NCBI RefSeq assembly: GCF_009914755.1
Contig: NC_060931.1
Length of the DNA: 64,000 nucleotides
Reading direction: 5' to 3' (one strand)
DNA from: the human T2T-CHM13v2.0 reference genome, Homo sapiens
In this document: one piece after another, positions 1 to 21,380 of the stretch
Position numbering within the stretch: position 1 is the first letter of the stretch
Layout of the letters: each line of letters opens with the position of its first letter
Notes under the pieces: model-generated
Told to the model about the DNA's origin: nothing
Seen by the model: the letters and a program-made list of their open reading frames with translations, nothing else
Database searches by the model: none
Made by a program: the position numbers and the translations under genes

Positions 1-958
1 CCATGTAGCACCTTGGGCATTTTTGTACTTAGAAGCCCATCTTTTGACACCCACTCCATGATAATTTAACACCAGCAGTTCACCAGGCCTGGGGTTGGCT
101 GCCTTGGGGCTGGCAGTGTGGTTTAGGAGAAAGAACGCTGGGCCGGGGGCAGGGGGACCATCTCTGCACGGGGTCTGCCACCAGCTCCTCCGACCACAGT
201 GCAGGTGGCCCTTCCTGGGTCTGCATCTTATGGTGAGGAGGAACTTTAGGGCTGCAGGGATCTCTAACAGCCTGTGGTTTTGAATGCAGCACTTCCTGAG
301 CCCCCAGCATGGGCTACGGTGTGTGCTGCGTGCTTTTCTCTGTTCATTCCACAAATTTCAATTGAGCCAATATTGGCTGTACCCTGTCCTAGGTGATGGG
401 GCTGCAAGGGAGATCAGGACAGACTGTGACATCCTTCATAGAACAGACATAGTTAAATATTACAGACTTGTTTGGAGGTAGGTCTCAGTGCTCCAATGTT
501 TGCAGATTTTGACCAGATATTTTGGGAACATTTCACTGTCAACAGGTAGGACTGGCAGAGCCACCAGGTGAGCCCAGGTCTGAGTGACTTTGAGAGTGGC
601 TCACTCTCCAGGCACCCTCCCTGGACAGGGGTGAGTCTGATGCCTTCTCGTGGGGAGATCAGCCTCCGACGGGTGGGGTGTGGAGGTGATAGGTCAGAGG
701 TGCCTGGATAGGAAGTGACTCTGCCATCACTTCCTGTGTGAGCTGAGGCCTGGGATGAGGATGGGGCAATCGATGGGGAAGTGGGGAGCACTGTGCTGTG
801 GGGTGGGCGGGATGCGGACATATCTGTGTTTCTGCTGTGTCTCCTGTTCCTCCTCTGGGATTGGGACTATTTCCATCCTGCTGACCCCTTGCCACTCACA
901 CTTGGGGGGCTGCCTCTTGGGTTAGACCTTCCACCCCCGCGGTCTGTTGTTCACTGAC

Positions 959-1219
959 CGTTACTGTCATTGTAATACTCCATGATGTTGTTCAGGGTCT
1001 CCATAAAGATGTCCTCCCTGGCCTTCTGAACTTGGCTCTGCTTCTCCCAGTCCTCTACTCCTTCCACGTGTCTCCATGGTCCCAGGGGCTCAGGCTTCCT
1101 GTCTTCACTGTTGTAGTGGAAGAAGGCACGGCCATTGAGGAAGACAGTACCCTGCAGCCTGTGGGTGCCTTTGCCAGGCCTGGACAGCCCAGTGTAGAGA
1201 TAGGTCAGAGAGTAATGAC
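959..1219 (-). pseudogene. AZGP1P2: AZGP1 (zinc-alpha-2-glycoprotein) paralogue, exon 2 (alpha-1 domain, 261 nt)
   Basis: Translates to [18 protein letters not shown]...[33 protein letters not shown], recognisably the ZAG alpha-1 domain but with many substitutions. Canonical acceptor (ttttgcag) at 1220-1222 and donor (gtcagt) at 958; phase 1/1. Symbol inferred from proximity to IFT22. Confidence 0.85.
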
Positions 1220-1479
1220 CTGCAAAAGAAAAGACTCTGAGGGCTGGGGTCCATGCAAGGGTGTCCCATTGTGGGGCTGCAGAGGGCCAGGAGGGGAGGC
1301 CTGGCCACTGGCCTCTTCCTCCCCAGCTCTCTCCTCTGCCATCAGCTTCACACCATTGGAGCCTCACTCAAGGAAACAGGCTCTACTTTCATGCTGGGGA
1401 TGATATTTCAGAGACCATTCTGTGTCTTCACTACAGAAGTTAATCTGCTTGGCACAGAAGAAGATAACATTTCTCAGCC

Positions 1480-1750
1480 TCCTTATAGATAGATTGGAAC
1501 CATACGACTGAGCTTTGTCAAACAAGAATGTGACTGGAAGTGACTGATGTCTTTCTTCTGGTCCAAGACCCTACCACCTGGCTTTCCCCTACTGTCTCTT
1601 ATCCCTTTTGTTGATGACTATGGAGACCACAGGATGAAACAGAAGAGTCCCAAGATGCAAACAGCCCGGATCCCTGAGTCACCCTGTGGAGGAGAGGAAC
1701 CTTGCCCAATCTGCATTGAACTTAACATGAGAAATAAACATTTCTAGTCT
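1480..1750 (+). mobile_element. Degraded MaLR (MLT1-type) LTR fragment
   Basis: Motifs 'ccctgagtcaccctgtggagg...tgaacttaacatgagaaataaac' resemble MLT1 3' ends. Boundaries approximate. Confidence 0.4.
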
Positions 1751-2029
1751 AACCGGACAAATACATATAGTTAGAAAGTGTAGGGAGGTGGATTTACTAG
1801 AAAACTCAAGAAGTGACCTAGAATGGATCAGCATAGGGTAAGGCTAGGAGACCTCTCGGAATTCCTGGCATTGTACCTTGCAGTTTGGTACAAGATGGAA
1901 GTTGAGAGAGTGGGACATTTCCACAATTAGTTCCATAGTTAATTTAGAATATAATTTACACGAGTGTTAGTAACGTTGGAGGTCATATGGCAGATTTCTA
2001 ATTTAAGTACTGAAGTCATTCTTGCTCAT

Positions 2030-2445
2030 GAATTTCTGAATGTGATTAGCTTTTAAATCAGTAGACCCTGAGTAAAACAGATTACCCTCTACAGTGTGGG
2101 TGAGCCTCATCTAATCAGTGGAAGGCATCAAGAGAAAAGGCTGAGGTCCCCCAGAGAAGAAAGAATTTTGCTTCCAGACTACCCTTGGACTCAGGACCGC
2201 AACACCAACTCTTTCCTGGGTCTCCAGCCTGCTGGCTTGCTTTGCTGATTTAGGACTTTTAGCCCTCAGAATTGTATGAGCCACAAGAAATATTAAATAA
2301 AACTCCTCCCTTTCTCTCTTTTGTATACACACACACGTATATAATTAGTGTATATACACAGTGTATATTCATATATACATATATGCATGTGTATACAATG
2401 TATATTAGTTTTGTTTCTCTGGAGAACCCCGAATAATTAAGATTT
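2030..2445 (+). mobile_element. MLT2 (ERV-L) LTR
   Basis: Characteristic 'gagtaaaacagattaccctc...gtgggtgagcctcatctaatcagtggaagg', TA/CA-rich tract and 'tttctctggagaacccc' end. Boundaries approximate. Confidence 0.7.
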
Positions 2446-3164
2446 TGGTGCAGAATGGGATTAATATTGTAAATGTGATTATTATAAAACTAACATGAAA
2501 CACCTATTCTGACAACTTGTAAATGTCATAAATTTTTAACTCACACAACTGAGAAGCCATTCGCTTCCATGTCTTTATCCTGCACATTCTCATGCCACAG
2601 CCTCCTTCCCCTATCCTAGAAGTGACTCTTGATCTCCCCAAGCTCCCACTGTCTTCTTTTCGGGCCACTAGCCTTCCAGACCCACTGCAGCTGTGTCTGA
2701 GTGTGGGGTGAGGGCACGGGTTTCCTTCTAGCACCATCCCTCCAGCCGACCTCCCTTCCCACTTTCCCCTTGGGGCTGCTCTCTCTTTCCCTCAGCGTCA
2801 GGCAGGTGTACCCAGCCATCGGAAGGAGGGAAGGAACAGGAGCAGAAGCAGCTCCAGGCATGTGGTTCCTGCTCCGTCCTGGCTCTCCACCCCAAGCAGG
2901 TCGCTTGGTCTTTGGAGTCTTTGTTTTCACGTAAACTAAGGGGTTTTAGATTCAGATTCCTGAAGGTCTTATTTTGGGTGAGGGCAGAGGCTCCCTGAAT
3001 GCTCCTGGAAGTGTGTGAGCTGAGGGAGTTGACAGCCTTGGGCACCCGTTCCTGCCGTATACCAGGGAATCCCAGCTGCATCCAGCCCTTCTCCCAGCCA
3101 TATGTCCTGTTCCTCACCTCCTTCCAGTCCTCTCCAGCACCCATCCCTTGCTTTCCCCACTCAC

Positions 3165-3240
3165 CATCTCGGGTCTCCTGGAGGACAGCAGGACCCAGAA
3201 GCAGCAGCAGAGACAGCAGGACAGGCACCATTCTTACCAT
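3165..3240 (-). pseudogene. AZGP1P2: AZGP1 paralogue, exon 1 (signal peptide, 76 nt)
   Basis: MVRMVPVLLSLLLLLGPAVLQETRD-G matches the ZAG signal peptide (AZGP1: ...GPAVPQENQDG). Donor G|gtgagt at 3164; splices in frame to exon 2. Confidence 0.85.
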
Positions 3241-4509
3241 TGTGTCTGCTTGGAGGGTTCTGGGCCGGAGGCACAGGTATTATCCTGGGTCCTGGGGCCA
3301 TGCCCAGGGGAGGTGAATCTACAGGCCAATGGGAGTACCAGGCCGGGCTCCTCCCCTGACAGTAAGAAAGAAGTATGCACAAGCCAGGCTGGGCAGAGAT
3401 TGTGACCAGTGAGTCTATACACAGGATATGCAAATTCAGAGCTGAGACAGTTGATCTCTGGACTGAGGCTTTGTGTGTGCCTGGGGCGGAAGGATGCCAG
3501 TGTGTGGGAGGTGTGTGTGATGGGTGGCAGGTGCCTGGGATGTGTCGCCCTTCCAGTCTATTATGACACCCTCTGGGGTCACTTGGGTGTTGTCAGACCA
3601 CACTTCATCTCTGCCTTCTGGAAAAAGCCTCAACATGTCCAGGACGTGGACCTGGGTAGACCCCAGCTGGGGTGGGACCCTCACTCTCCTCCCACACCCG
3701 ATCCTGCCAGAGCTGTCTGGAGGACATTCACATTCCCATCTCTCCCTCCTTCCTTTCTGTGCCTGTGGAATCCCAGCCTTCCATGATGGAAGCAGAAATA
3801 GCCGCATCCTCCTTTTGCAGCCTCCCTGGCAATAGAAGGAGCAGGTGTGCACAGGGTTTATGCTCAGCAAGCCGAAGCTACTGCCTTGGATATCGGGTCA
3901 AGTGTTAGGGAAACAAAGAGGGGGGCACAGTGGACAATGTTTTCTGGTGGTCTTGGCAGGGGTTGCAACTGCCAGCTCCCGGGGGCACTGGGGCTGCAGT
4001 AGCTGCGGGGGCGTCTGAGTTCCAGTCCCCCGGGATGTTGTAGATCCCGTGCTGTGGCCTCTGCTGCCCCCTGCTGGCAGCTTCTGTGTGTTTACCAGGC
4101 CGGTTGCTGGTGTGATTTTGACTGTTGCGCTCCTCTGGAATTCTGAGCCTGGGTTCTCCATCCTTTCTGTGGATTCTGAGAGCTAACCAATAAATACGTT
4201 TATTTTCTGCTTAAGGTCAGAACTGCGTCAGAACTGCATGACGTTTCTAGTAACAAATGCTCCTGGCGGATGCGGAGATTGGTACAAGGATTGTTTCCAG
4301 GCAGTAGTTACTCAGGGAAATGGAGGGCTGGGAAGCTGAGATTGGTTACGGGGCCAGATTGGGGCTGAACGCAGTGAAAACACAGGGGTCTTGGGGGATC
4401 CTGGCAGGCCTGGTGTGCAGTGATAACTTCAACAGTTGGCTGAGGTATCTGTTGTGGTAGATTGGAATGAAGTACCCATTGAAGGTGCTGACTTAAAAAA
4501 AAGTCACAA

Positions 4510-4826
<317 letters not shown>

Positions 4827-4849
4827 TTATTTAATTTAAAAGGAGAGCT

Positions 4850-6982
<2,133 letters not shown>

Positions 6983-7066
6983 ACTCTTCCTTGGGCCCCT
7001 CAGCTTCCTTGGACTTTGGGGATAGGTTTGCATAGACCTGCCACCTCGGAACATCCTTCCTCCTAT

Positions 7067-8070
<1,004 letters not shown>

Positions 8071-8429
8071 CTGTGTTCCCACCAGGGGTTGTGGAAAGGG
8101 AAGGTCGGGTGTCAGAAAAGGGTCTTTCAGGCTAGAGTGAGGCCTCTATTCTTGGGGTGGGTGGTTGGAGACCAGGACAGAGGAGTGCCCCCGTTTAGAT
8201 ATGGCCTTGTGAGGGCTGGCCTCTGGCTATCCTAAGCACAACAAGCCTCGCCCCCACTTATCCTCACCTGGGGCTCCTCTTCCTTCAAGGCTGGGGCACC
8301 CGAGGAAGGACATGGATGATGACACAAAAGCAACTCTCATTTCCTACATGTCCTTGAGTTTCAGGCATGGGTACTGCTTCTCCGAAGACCCCTGAATACA
8401 GGGACACAGGTGCAGTCACATGACTTAGG

Positions 8430-11575
<3,146 letters not shown>

Positions 11576-12277
11576 ACAGATCTGGCCACATTAATTTTCC
11601 GTGAAAAAATCTGTCAGTGGCACATTAATGCCTGTAAGATGATGCCAAACTCCTTGCCTGGCCTGAGGTGCTCTTCACCGTCTGGTCCCTCATCTTCTCC
11701 CTCATGCTCAAATACACAAACATACATGCACACATTGACACTCCTATGTTCACAATCGCTCTCACACACACACTCACACTCACTTGAGCCATGCTGCACT
11801 ACAGAATTCCTATGATTGGGCTGTTTTAGCTTCTGTGAGTTTCATGAGCTCCTGCAACGTCTCTCATAGAAAGAAAGTTGTTTCATCTCAACACATGTGT
11901 GGCAAAAACTGGTTTGTTCAGCATGGAATAGAAAATGGTTCTGCTGCTGGGCGCAGAGGCTCATGCCTGTAATCCCAGCACTTTGCGAGGCCAAGGCAGG
12001 AGGATCACCTGAGGTTAGGATCTTTCCTTTAAAAGAACTGATTGTTGAAACCATGACTGTGAAATTCCACATTTAAACATATTTGTACCTCAACTCATGT
12101 TTTTCAATATCATGAAAAGTCCATCCAGGCCAGGCACAGTGGCTCACACCTGTAATCCCAGCACTTTGGGAGGCTGAGGCGGGCAGATCACAAGGTCAGG
12201 AGTTTGAGACCAGCCTGGCCAACATGGTGAAACCTCGTCTCTACTAAAAATACAAAAATTAGCTGGGCATGGTGTCA

Positions 12278-12463
<186 letters not shown>

Positions 12464-12676
12464 CTAACAATATGTGACATTTCAATATACATGATTATGT
12501 TGACATTACGCAGCTGTAAAAGAGAACAAGGCAGCCCGGGCCTGGTGGCTTATGCCTGTAATCCCAGCACTTTGGGAGGCCAAGGCGGGCAGTTCACTTG
12601 AGATCAGGAGTTCAAGACCAGCCTGGCCAACATGGCGAAACCCCGTCTCTACTAAAAATATTATACAAAAAAATTA

Positions 12677-12805
<129 letters not shown>

Positions 12806-12959
12806 CTAGACTCCGTCTCAAAAAAAAAAAAAAAAAAGAAAGAAAGAAAAAGAAAAGAACAACGCGGCTCTGCGAGTACTGACACAAATCCCCAGCATAA
12901 AAAGTGAAAAATGCACACCTTTGTGGAAAAGTGTGAATAGTCTGCTCCCATTTCTATTA

Positions 12960-13340
12960 GCAAACACACCTGTGTGCACACTGAGCTTTCTGTCCAGTCT
13001 GGAAGGGGAGGGCGGGGCCTTCCCGGGAGTGAAGGGGATGGGGCCGACCCGGACCCTCCAGGGAACGCCCTTGAGTAACTCCCGCACTTGGGACCCCGTT
13101 TCCACCCAGGACCACAGGCTCAAGATGGCCTGGTAGATGCAGCCGGCACGCGCCTCTCCTCCGACGGGAACAGAAGGAGCCGGTAGGTTTTCACACTTGC
13201 AGCAGATCCGCTAAGAGAACGCGGGATTCAGCCGAGAAGCCACTGGGAGCCCGAGGAGTGGAGCAGAGGCACCCAGGCAGCCTGCGCGGAGAAATCGGAT
13301 CGGCTGGGACGGCCTGCAGCCCCCGCGCGCGGGGAAAGGG
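12960..13340 (+). promoter_or_regulatory. CpG-rich promoter/first exon of unit 1: GC-box GGGCGGGG (13010-13017), YY1 motif CAAGATGGCC (13121-13130), donor AAGG|GTGAGT (intron starts 13340)
   Basis: Motifs read directly and present at equivalent positions in all three units. AAGATGGCC is the YY1 element found at the 5' end of L1 promoters. Confidence 0.7.
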
Positions 13341-14689
13341 TGAGTGAGAGACCCCGGGGCTCCGCAGTCCCGCTACCGACTTCCACAGCCCCCCGACCCT
13401 CGCGGGCCTCCAGAATGGGCAGCGGCCGAGAGATTCCCCAGCGGCGTTGCAGGAGCCCACGTGGAGCCCACGGGCTTCCCTGCCCTGAGCAGCTGCAGCT
13501 GCAGCCCCCGCCACCCCGAGAGTCCAGCCCCGAGGGCAGCTCCTGCCTTGCCTGCGGTTACCGCCGCCGCCAGCTGAGGGCCAAGGAGGGAGAGGGGAGG
13601 CCAGGCGCTCTCAGGAGTCCCAAAGGACAAATAACCCCGCCGCTGCCGCGGGACCCAGACGCGAGCCAGCTGCTCGCCCGCCCTGCCCCGCCTGAGCTTT
13701 CCGCCGGCAGCCTGGGGCCCAGCCCTTCCCTGTCTGTCACAGCCAGAGCCCAAACCCCGGGGGCCTGAGGACAGTCCGCTGGCGGTTCCGTCCCGCGAGG
13801 ACTGGAGCACAGGGGCCTGGGGATTGGTGGCTGCGGGTTTTGTCCGTCACCGTTGGCGGCTGAACACTCCTCCCCGGGGTCTGAGGTCTGGGGCACAGCC
13901 TGCCGATACCACCACGGACAGGCCAGGGGACTCGCTTGCCCCTCCCACCCATCAACACCTGCTGCCCCCGGGCCTGAGATTAGCCGCATGCCCAGGCAGG
14001 GACTGTCACTACCAGCATTCGAGCAGGGCACCTAGACGCCCACGAAGAGACCCACAAATCGCTCCCCTGAACCCACTAACGCCAGGGCCAGTGTACACTG
14101 CTCTGGGGCTCAAGAACAGGCAAGCACAGTCTCCACTAATAACCACACCTTAAGTCACCCAAGTAATGTACAGAGCCTACACTTCTACCTCAAACCAAAG
14201 CCAAGATCCCCTACTTAACCACATCATATCTACATCTTCAGGAAGAAGTCCTCCCCTACAAAGCGAATTCACAAACGGAAGAAGTGACTGTTCCACAGGA
14301 TGCGCAGATCTCAACGGAAGGACCCAGGAGACATGAAAAAGCAAGGAAATGTGACGCCTTCAGAAGAAACCAGTAATTCTCCAGCAACAGATCCCCATCC
14401 AAAAGAAATTCAGGAAAGCTCAAACAGAGAATTGAGCAGAGAATTGACCGGACTGATTGTAAAGAAGGTCATCAACATGGAAGAGTCTTTTGAACAACAA
14501 CATAAAGAAATGAGGAAAAGAGGTGGGGAGATATATGAGATGATTACCTGCCAGAAAGAGGTTTTAAAATTCAACAGAAGAGTATTTCTGGAACTGAAGA
14601 AATCATTGGATGAAATACAAAGTACACTCAAAAGCTTCAATGATAGACTAGAACAAATAGAAGAAAAACTCTCAGGGCATAAAATCTGA
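13121..14689 (+). mobile_element. 5' end of an ancient LINE-1 (L1MA/L1PB-like 5'UTR plus N-terminal ORF1), copy 1
   Basis: Starts with CAAGATGGCC, then a ~1.2 kb GC-rich UTR, then ORF1p-like MKKQGN..P..E..NSPATDP..KEI and [26 protein letters not shown]1 similarity ends at the stop codon. Confidence 0.8.
14300..14689 (+). CDS. Putative L1 ORF1p-derived coiled-coil protein, copy 1 (129 aa)
   Basis: Intact ATG-TGA ORF with A at -3. ORF1p N-terminal domain plus heptad repeats, RhxxhE motif RLEQIE. Paralogous to the ORFs at 17540 and 24017 with the same start and stop; in-frame 12-nt duplication at 14425-14448. Confidence 0.65.
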   Translation: MRRSQRKDPGDMKKQGNVTPSEETSNSPATDPHPKEIQESSNRELSRELTGLIVKKVINMEESFEQQHKEMRKRGGEIYEMITCQKEVLKFNRRVFLELKKSLDEIQSTLKSFNDRLEQIEEKLSGHKI

Positions 14690-14797
14690 AGCATTTTTCT
14701 CACTTTAAAGATTCATGGGTTGTACTCTGGCCATTAATGTGAACAAAACCTGCTGGGTTAGTTCTTATTCTGGGGTCTTGGGTAATCGTTAGAGCGA

Positions 14798-14803
14798 AAT
14801 AAA
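14798..14803 (+). terminator. Candidate polyadenylation signal AATAAA, unit 1
   Basis: 109 nt after the stop. Nearby homologous region carries ATTAAA in unit 2 (18015-18020) and unit 3 (24797-24802). Confidence 0.5.
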
Positions 14804-15049
14804 AATAATTTCCCTTAGAGATGGTCGATTTTGCAAGATTAGTTATCATCCAGCAGTTAGGTAAAGATGATCTGATTCAGTTACTGAATCTGATCAGTAC
14901 TGAATTCAGTAGGCACAGTAATCCTAACAGGTGAATGTAGCTGAAGTACATTGTCATGGTCAAGAAAAGCCACTCTCTCTAACAGATTGCCCACACAGCT
15001 ACATGTCAGCCCTCCTCGCTGCAAACCTGACAAACACTGTAGCATTTTA

Positions 15050-18510
<3,461 letters not shown>

Positions 18511-18859
18511 CTGCCAGGTGAGGTGGCTCAGGCCTATAATCCCAGCACTTTTGGGAGGCCGAGGAGGGTGGATCACCTAGGGTCAGGAGTTCAAGACCAG
18601 CCTGGCCAACATGCTGAAACCCCGTCTCTATTAAAAATAGAAACAAAATTAGCCGGGCGTGGTGGCGGGCGCCTGTAGTCCCAGCTACCAGGAGGCTGAG
18701 GCAGGAGAATGGCATGAACCCAGGAGGCGGAGCTTGCAGTGAGCTGAGATCGCACCACTGCACTCAAGCCTGGATGACAGAGTGAGACCCCCGTCTCAAA
18801 AAATAAATAAATAAATAAACTTTTGGAGATAAATGCCAACAATCTTCCAAAATATCCTG

Positions 18860-19790
18860 GGTGAGCTGTACACCCATGCTGCTACAGTGTACTCACTAAA
18901 GTCAAAAGTTGGAAACACCTAAATAGCCAACAGATGAATGGATAAACAAAATGTGGTCTGGCCATATGATGGAATATTATTCTACCTTCTTAAGGAAAGA
19001 AGGTTTTTTGTTTTGTTTTCCAGACAGAGTCTCTCTTTGTCACCCAGGCTAGAGTACAGTGGCGAGACGTCGGCTCACTGCAACCTCCACCTCCCAGGTT
19101 CACACGATTCTTGTGCCTCGACCTCCTGAGTAGCTGGGATTACAGGTGTGCCCCACCATGTCTGGCTTATTTATTTATTTATTTAGAGATGGAGTTTCAT
19201 TCTTGTTGCCCAGGCTGGAGTGCAATGGCGTGATCTCGGCTCACCGCAACCTCAAGCCTCCTGGGTTCAAGCAATTCTCCTGCCTCAGCCTTCCGAGTAG
19301 CTGGGATTACAGGCATGCGCCACCACGCCTGGCTAATTTTGTATTTTTAGTAGAGACGGTTTTGCCATGTTGGCCAGGCTGGTTTTGAACTCCTGGCCTC
19401 AGGTCATCCACTTGCCTTGGCCTCCCAAAGTGCTGGGATTATGGGCATGAGCCACCATGCTCACCTTAAAAAGGAAGGAAATTCTGACACATGCTGCAAT
19501 CAGGTGAACCTTGAGATCATTAGGTTACCTGGAATAAACCAGTAACAAAAAAACAAATACCATATGATTCCCCTTGTATAAAGGACTTAGAGGAGGCAAC
19601 ATCAGAGACAAAAAATAGAATAGAATGGTGGTTGCCAGGGCCTGGGGGAAGGAGGAAAGGGGAGTTGTTCAATGGTTATAGAGTTTCAGTTAGGGATCAT
19701 AGAAAGTTCTGGAGATGGATGGTGGTGATGGTTGCATAACAATGTGAGTGTATTTAATGCTACTGAACTGTATACTTCCAAATGGTTAGA
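18860..19790 (+). mobile_element. Old L1M (L1MB-like) 3' end interrupted by Alus (19005-19465)
   Basis: 'gaatggataaacaaaatgtgg', 'ggaaattctgacacatgct', 'gagatggatggtggtgatggttgcataacaatgtg' are L1M 3'UTR hallmarks. Confidence 0.75.
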
Positions 19791-20109
19791 ATGGGCTGGT
19801 CCTGGTAAGGTGGGTGGATGGATTCAGCTCGCAAGTTTGAGACCAGTCTGGGGAGCATGGTGAAACCCCGTCTCTACAGTAAAAATTTGGCTGGTCGTGG
19901 TGGTGCGATCCTGCAGTCTCAGCTACTTGGGAGGCTAAGGTGGGAGGATGGCTTGGGCCAAGGAGATGGAGGTTGAAGTGAGCCCAGATGGCACCACTCC
20001 ACTCCAGCCTAGGCTAAAGAGGCAGGCTGGGCACGGTGGCTCATGCCTGTAATCCCAGTACTTTGGGAGGTTGAGGCGGGCAGATCACAAGGTCAAGACT
20101 TTGAGATCA

Positions 20110-20328
<219 letters not shown>

Positions 20329-21096
20329 TTAGATTGGCAAATTTTATGTTATGGATAGTTTGTCACAAGATAGCAGTATTGTTAAATATGAAAAAATACT
20401 GAGTGACTAAATTTTTAGGTTTATAATATAAAAACAAAACATTTCTTTTTTTTTTTTTTGAGATGGAGTCTCACTCTTGTTGCCGGGGCTGGAGTGCAAT
20501 GTGCCATCTTGGCTCACCGCAACCTCCACCTCCTGGGTTCCAGCGAATCTCCTGCCTCAGCCTCCTAAGTAGCTGGGATTACAGGCATGCGCCACCACGC
20601 CCGGCTAATTTTGCATTTTTAGTAGAGATGGGGTTTCACCATGTTGGTCAAGCTGGTCTCGAACTCCCAACCTCAGGTGATCTGCCCGCCTTGGCCTTCC
20701 AAAATGCTGGGATTACAGGCGTGAGCCACTGTGCTCAGCCCCATCTTTACCTTTGAAAGGCATGATTGTTGAAATCATCTCTCTGAAATTTCACATTTAA
20801 ACATATTTATACCCCCAAATCATGTTTTTCAATACTGTTCAAAGGCCATCTATAAAAATGCATATTTCAACATAAAAGATTTTTCAAACATCTAACAATA
20901 TGTGACATTCCAATATAGATGATTATATTGATATTATTTAGCTGTAAAAAAGAATAAGGCAGGCCGGGCACGGCGGCTGACGTCTGTAATCCCAGCACTT
21001 TGGGAGGCCGAGGTGAGCAGATCACCTGAGGTCAAGAGTTTGAGACCAGCCTGGCCAACATGGTGAAACCCCATCTCTACTAAAAATACGAAATTA

Positions 21097-21380
<284 letters not shown>

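Larger units (their letters stand above)
13100..14820 (+). ncRNA. LNCPRESS1: Predicted 2-exon transcript of unit 1; position matches my recollection of the pluripotency-associated lncRNA LNCPRESS1
   Basis: Donor 13340, branch-like TTAAC 14215-14219, acceptor cttcAG 14240-14241, AATAAA 14798-14803. Name from remembered gene order (AZGP1P2-LNCPRESS1-EMSLR-IFT22), not verifiable here. Confidence 0.55.

Noticed and set aside
1-950. Search for AZGP1-like exon 3 (alpha-2 domain)
   Set aside because: No recognisable alpha-2 peptide in the listed minus-strand ORFs; it may lie outside the window.
2728-3164. Extension of the 170-aa ORF beyond AZGP1-like exon 1
   Set aside because: Intron read-through past a canonical donor with no recognisable homology.
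12948-12965. Possible OCT4-SOX2 composite (catttctattagcaaa) upstream of the cassettes
   Set aside because: Poor match and wrong spacing relative to the consensus; cannot be supported from sequence.
14410-14703. Antisense ORFs over the coiled-coil ORFs (14410-14703 and 17551-17922)
   Set aside because: Ser/Phe/Leu-rich shadows of the A-rich sense strand; no equivalent ORF is listed for copy 3.
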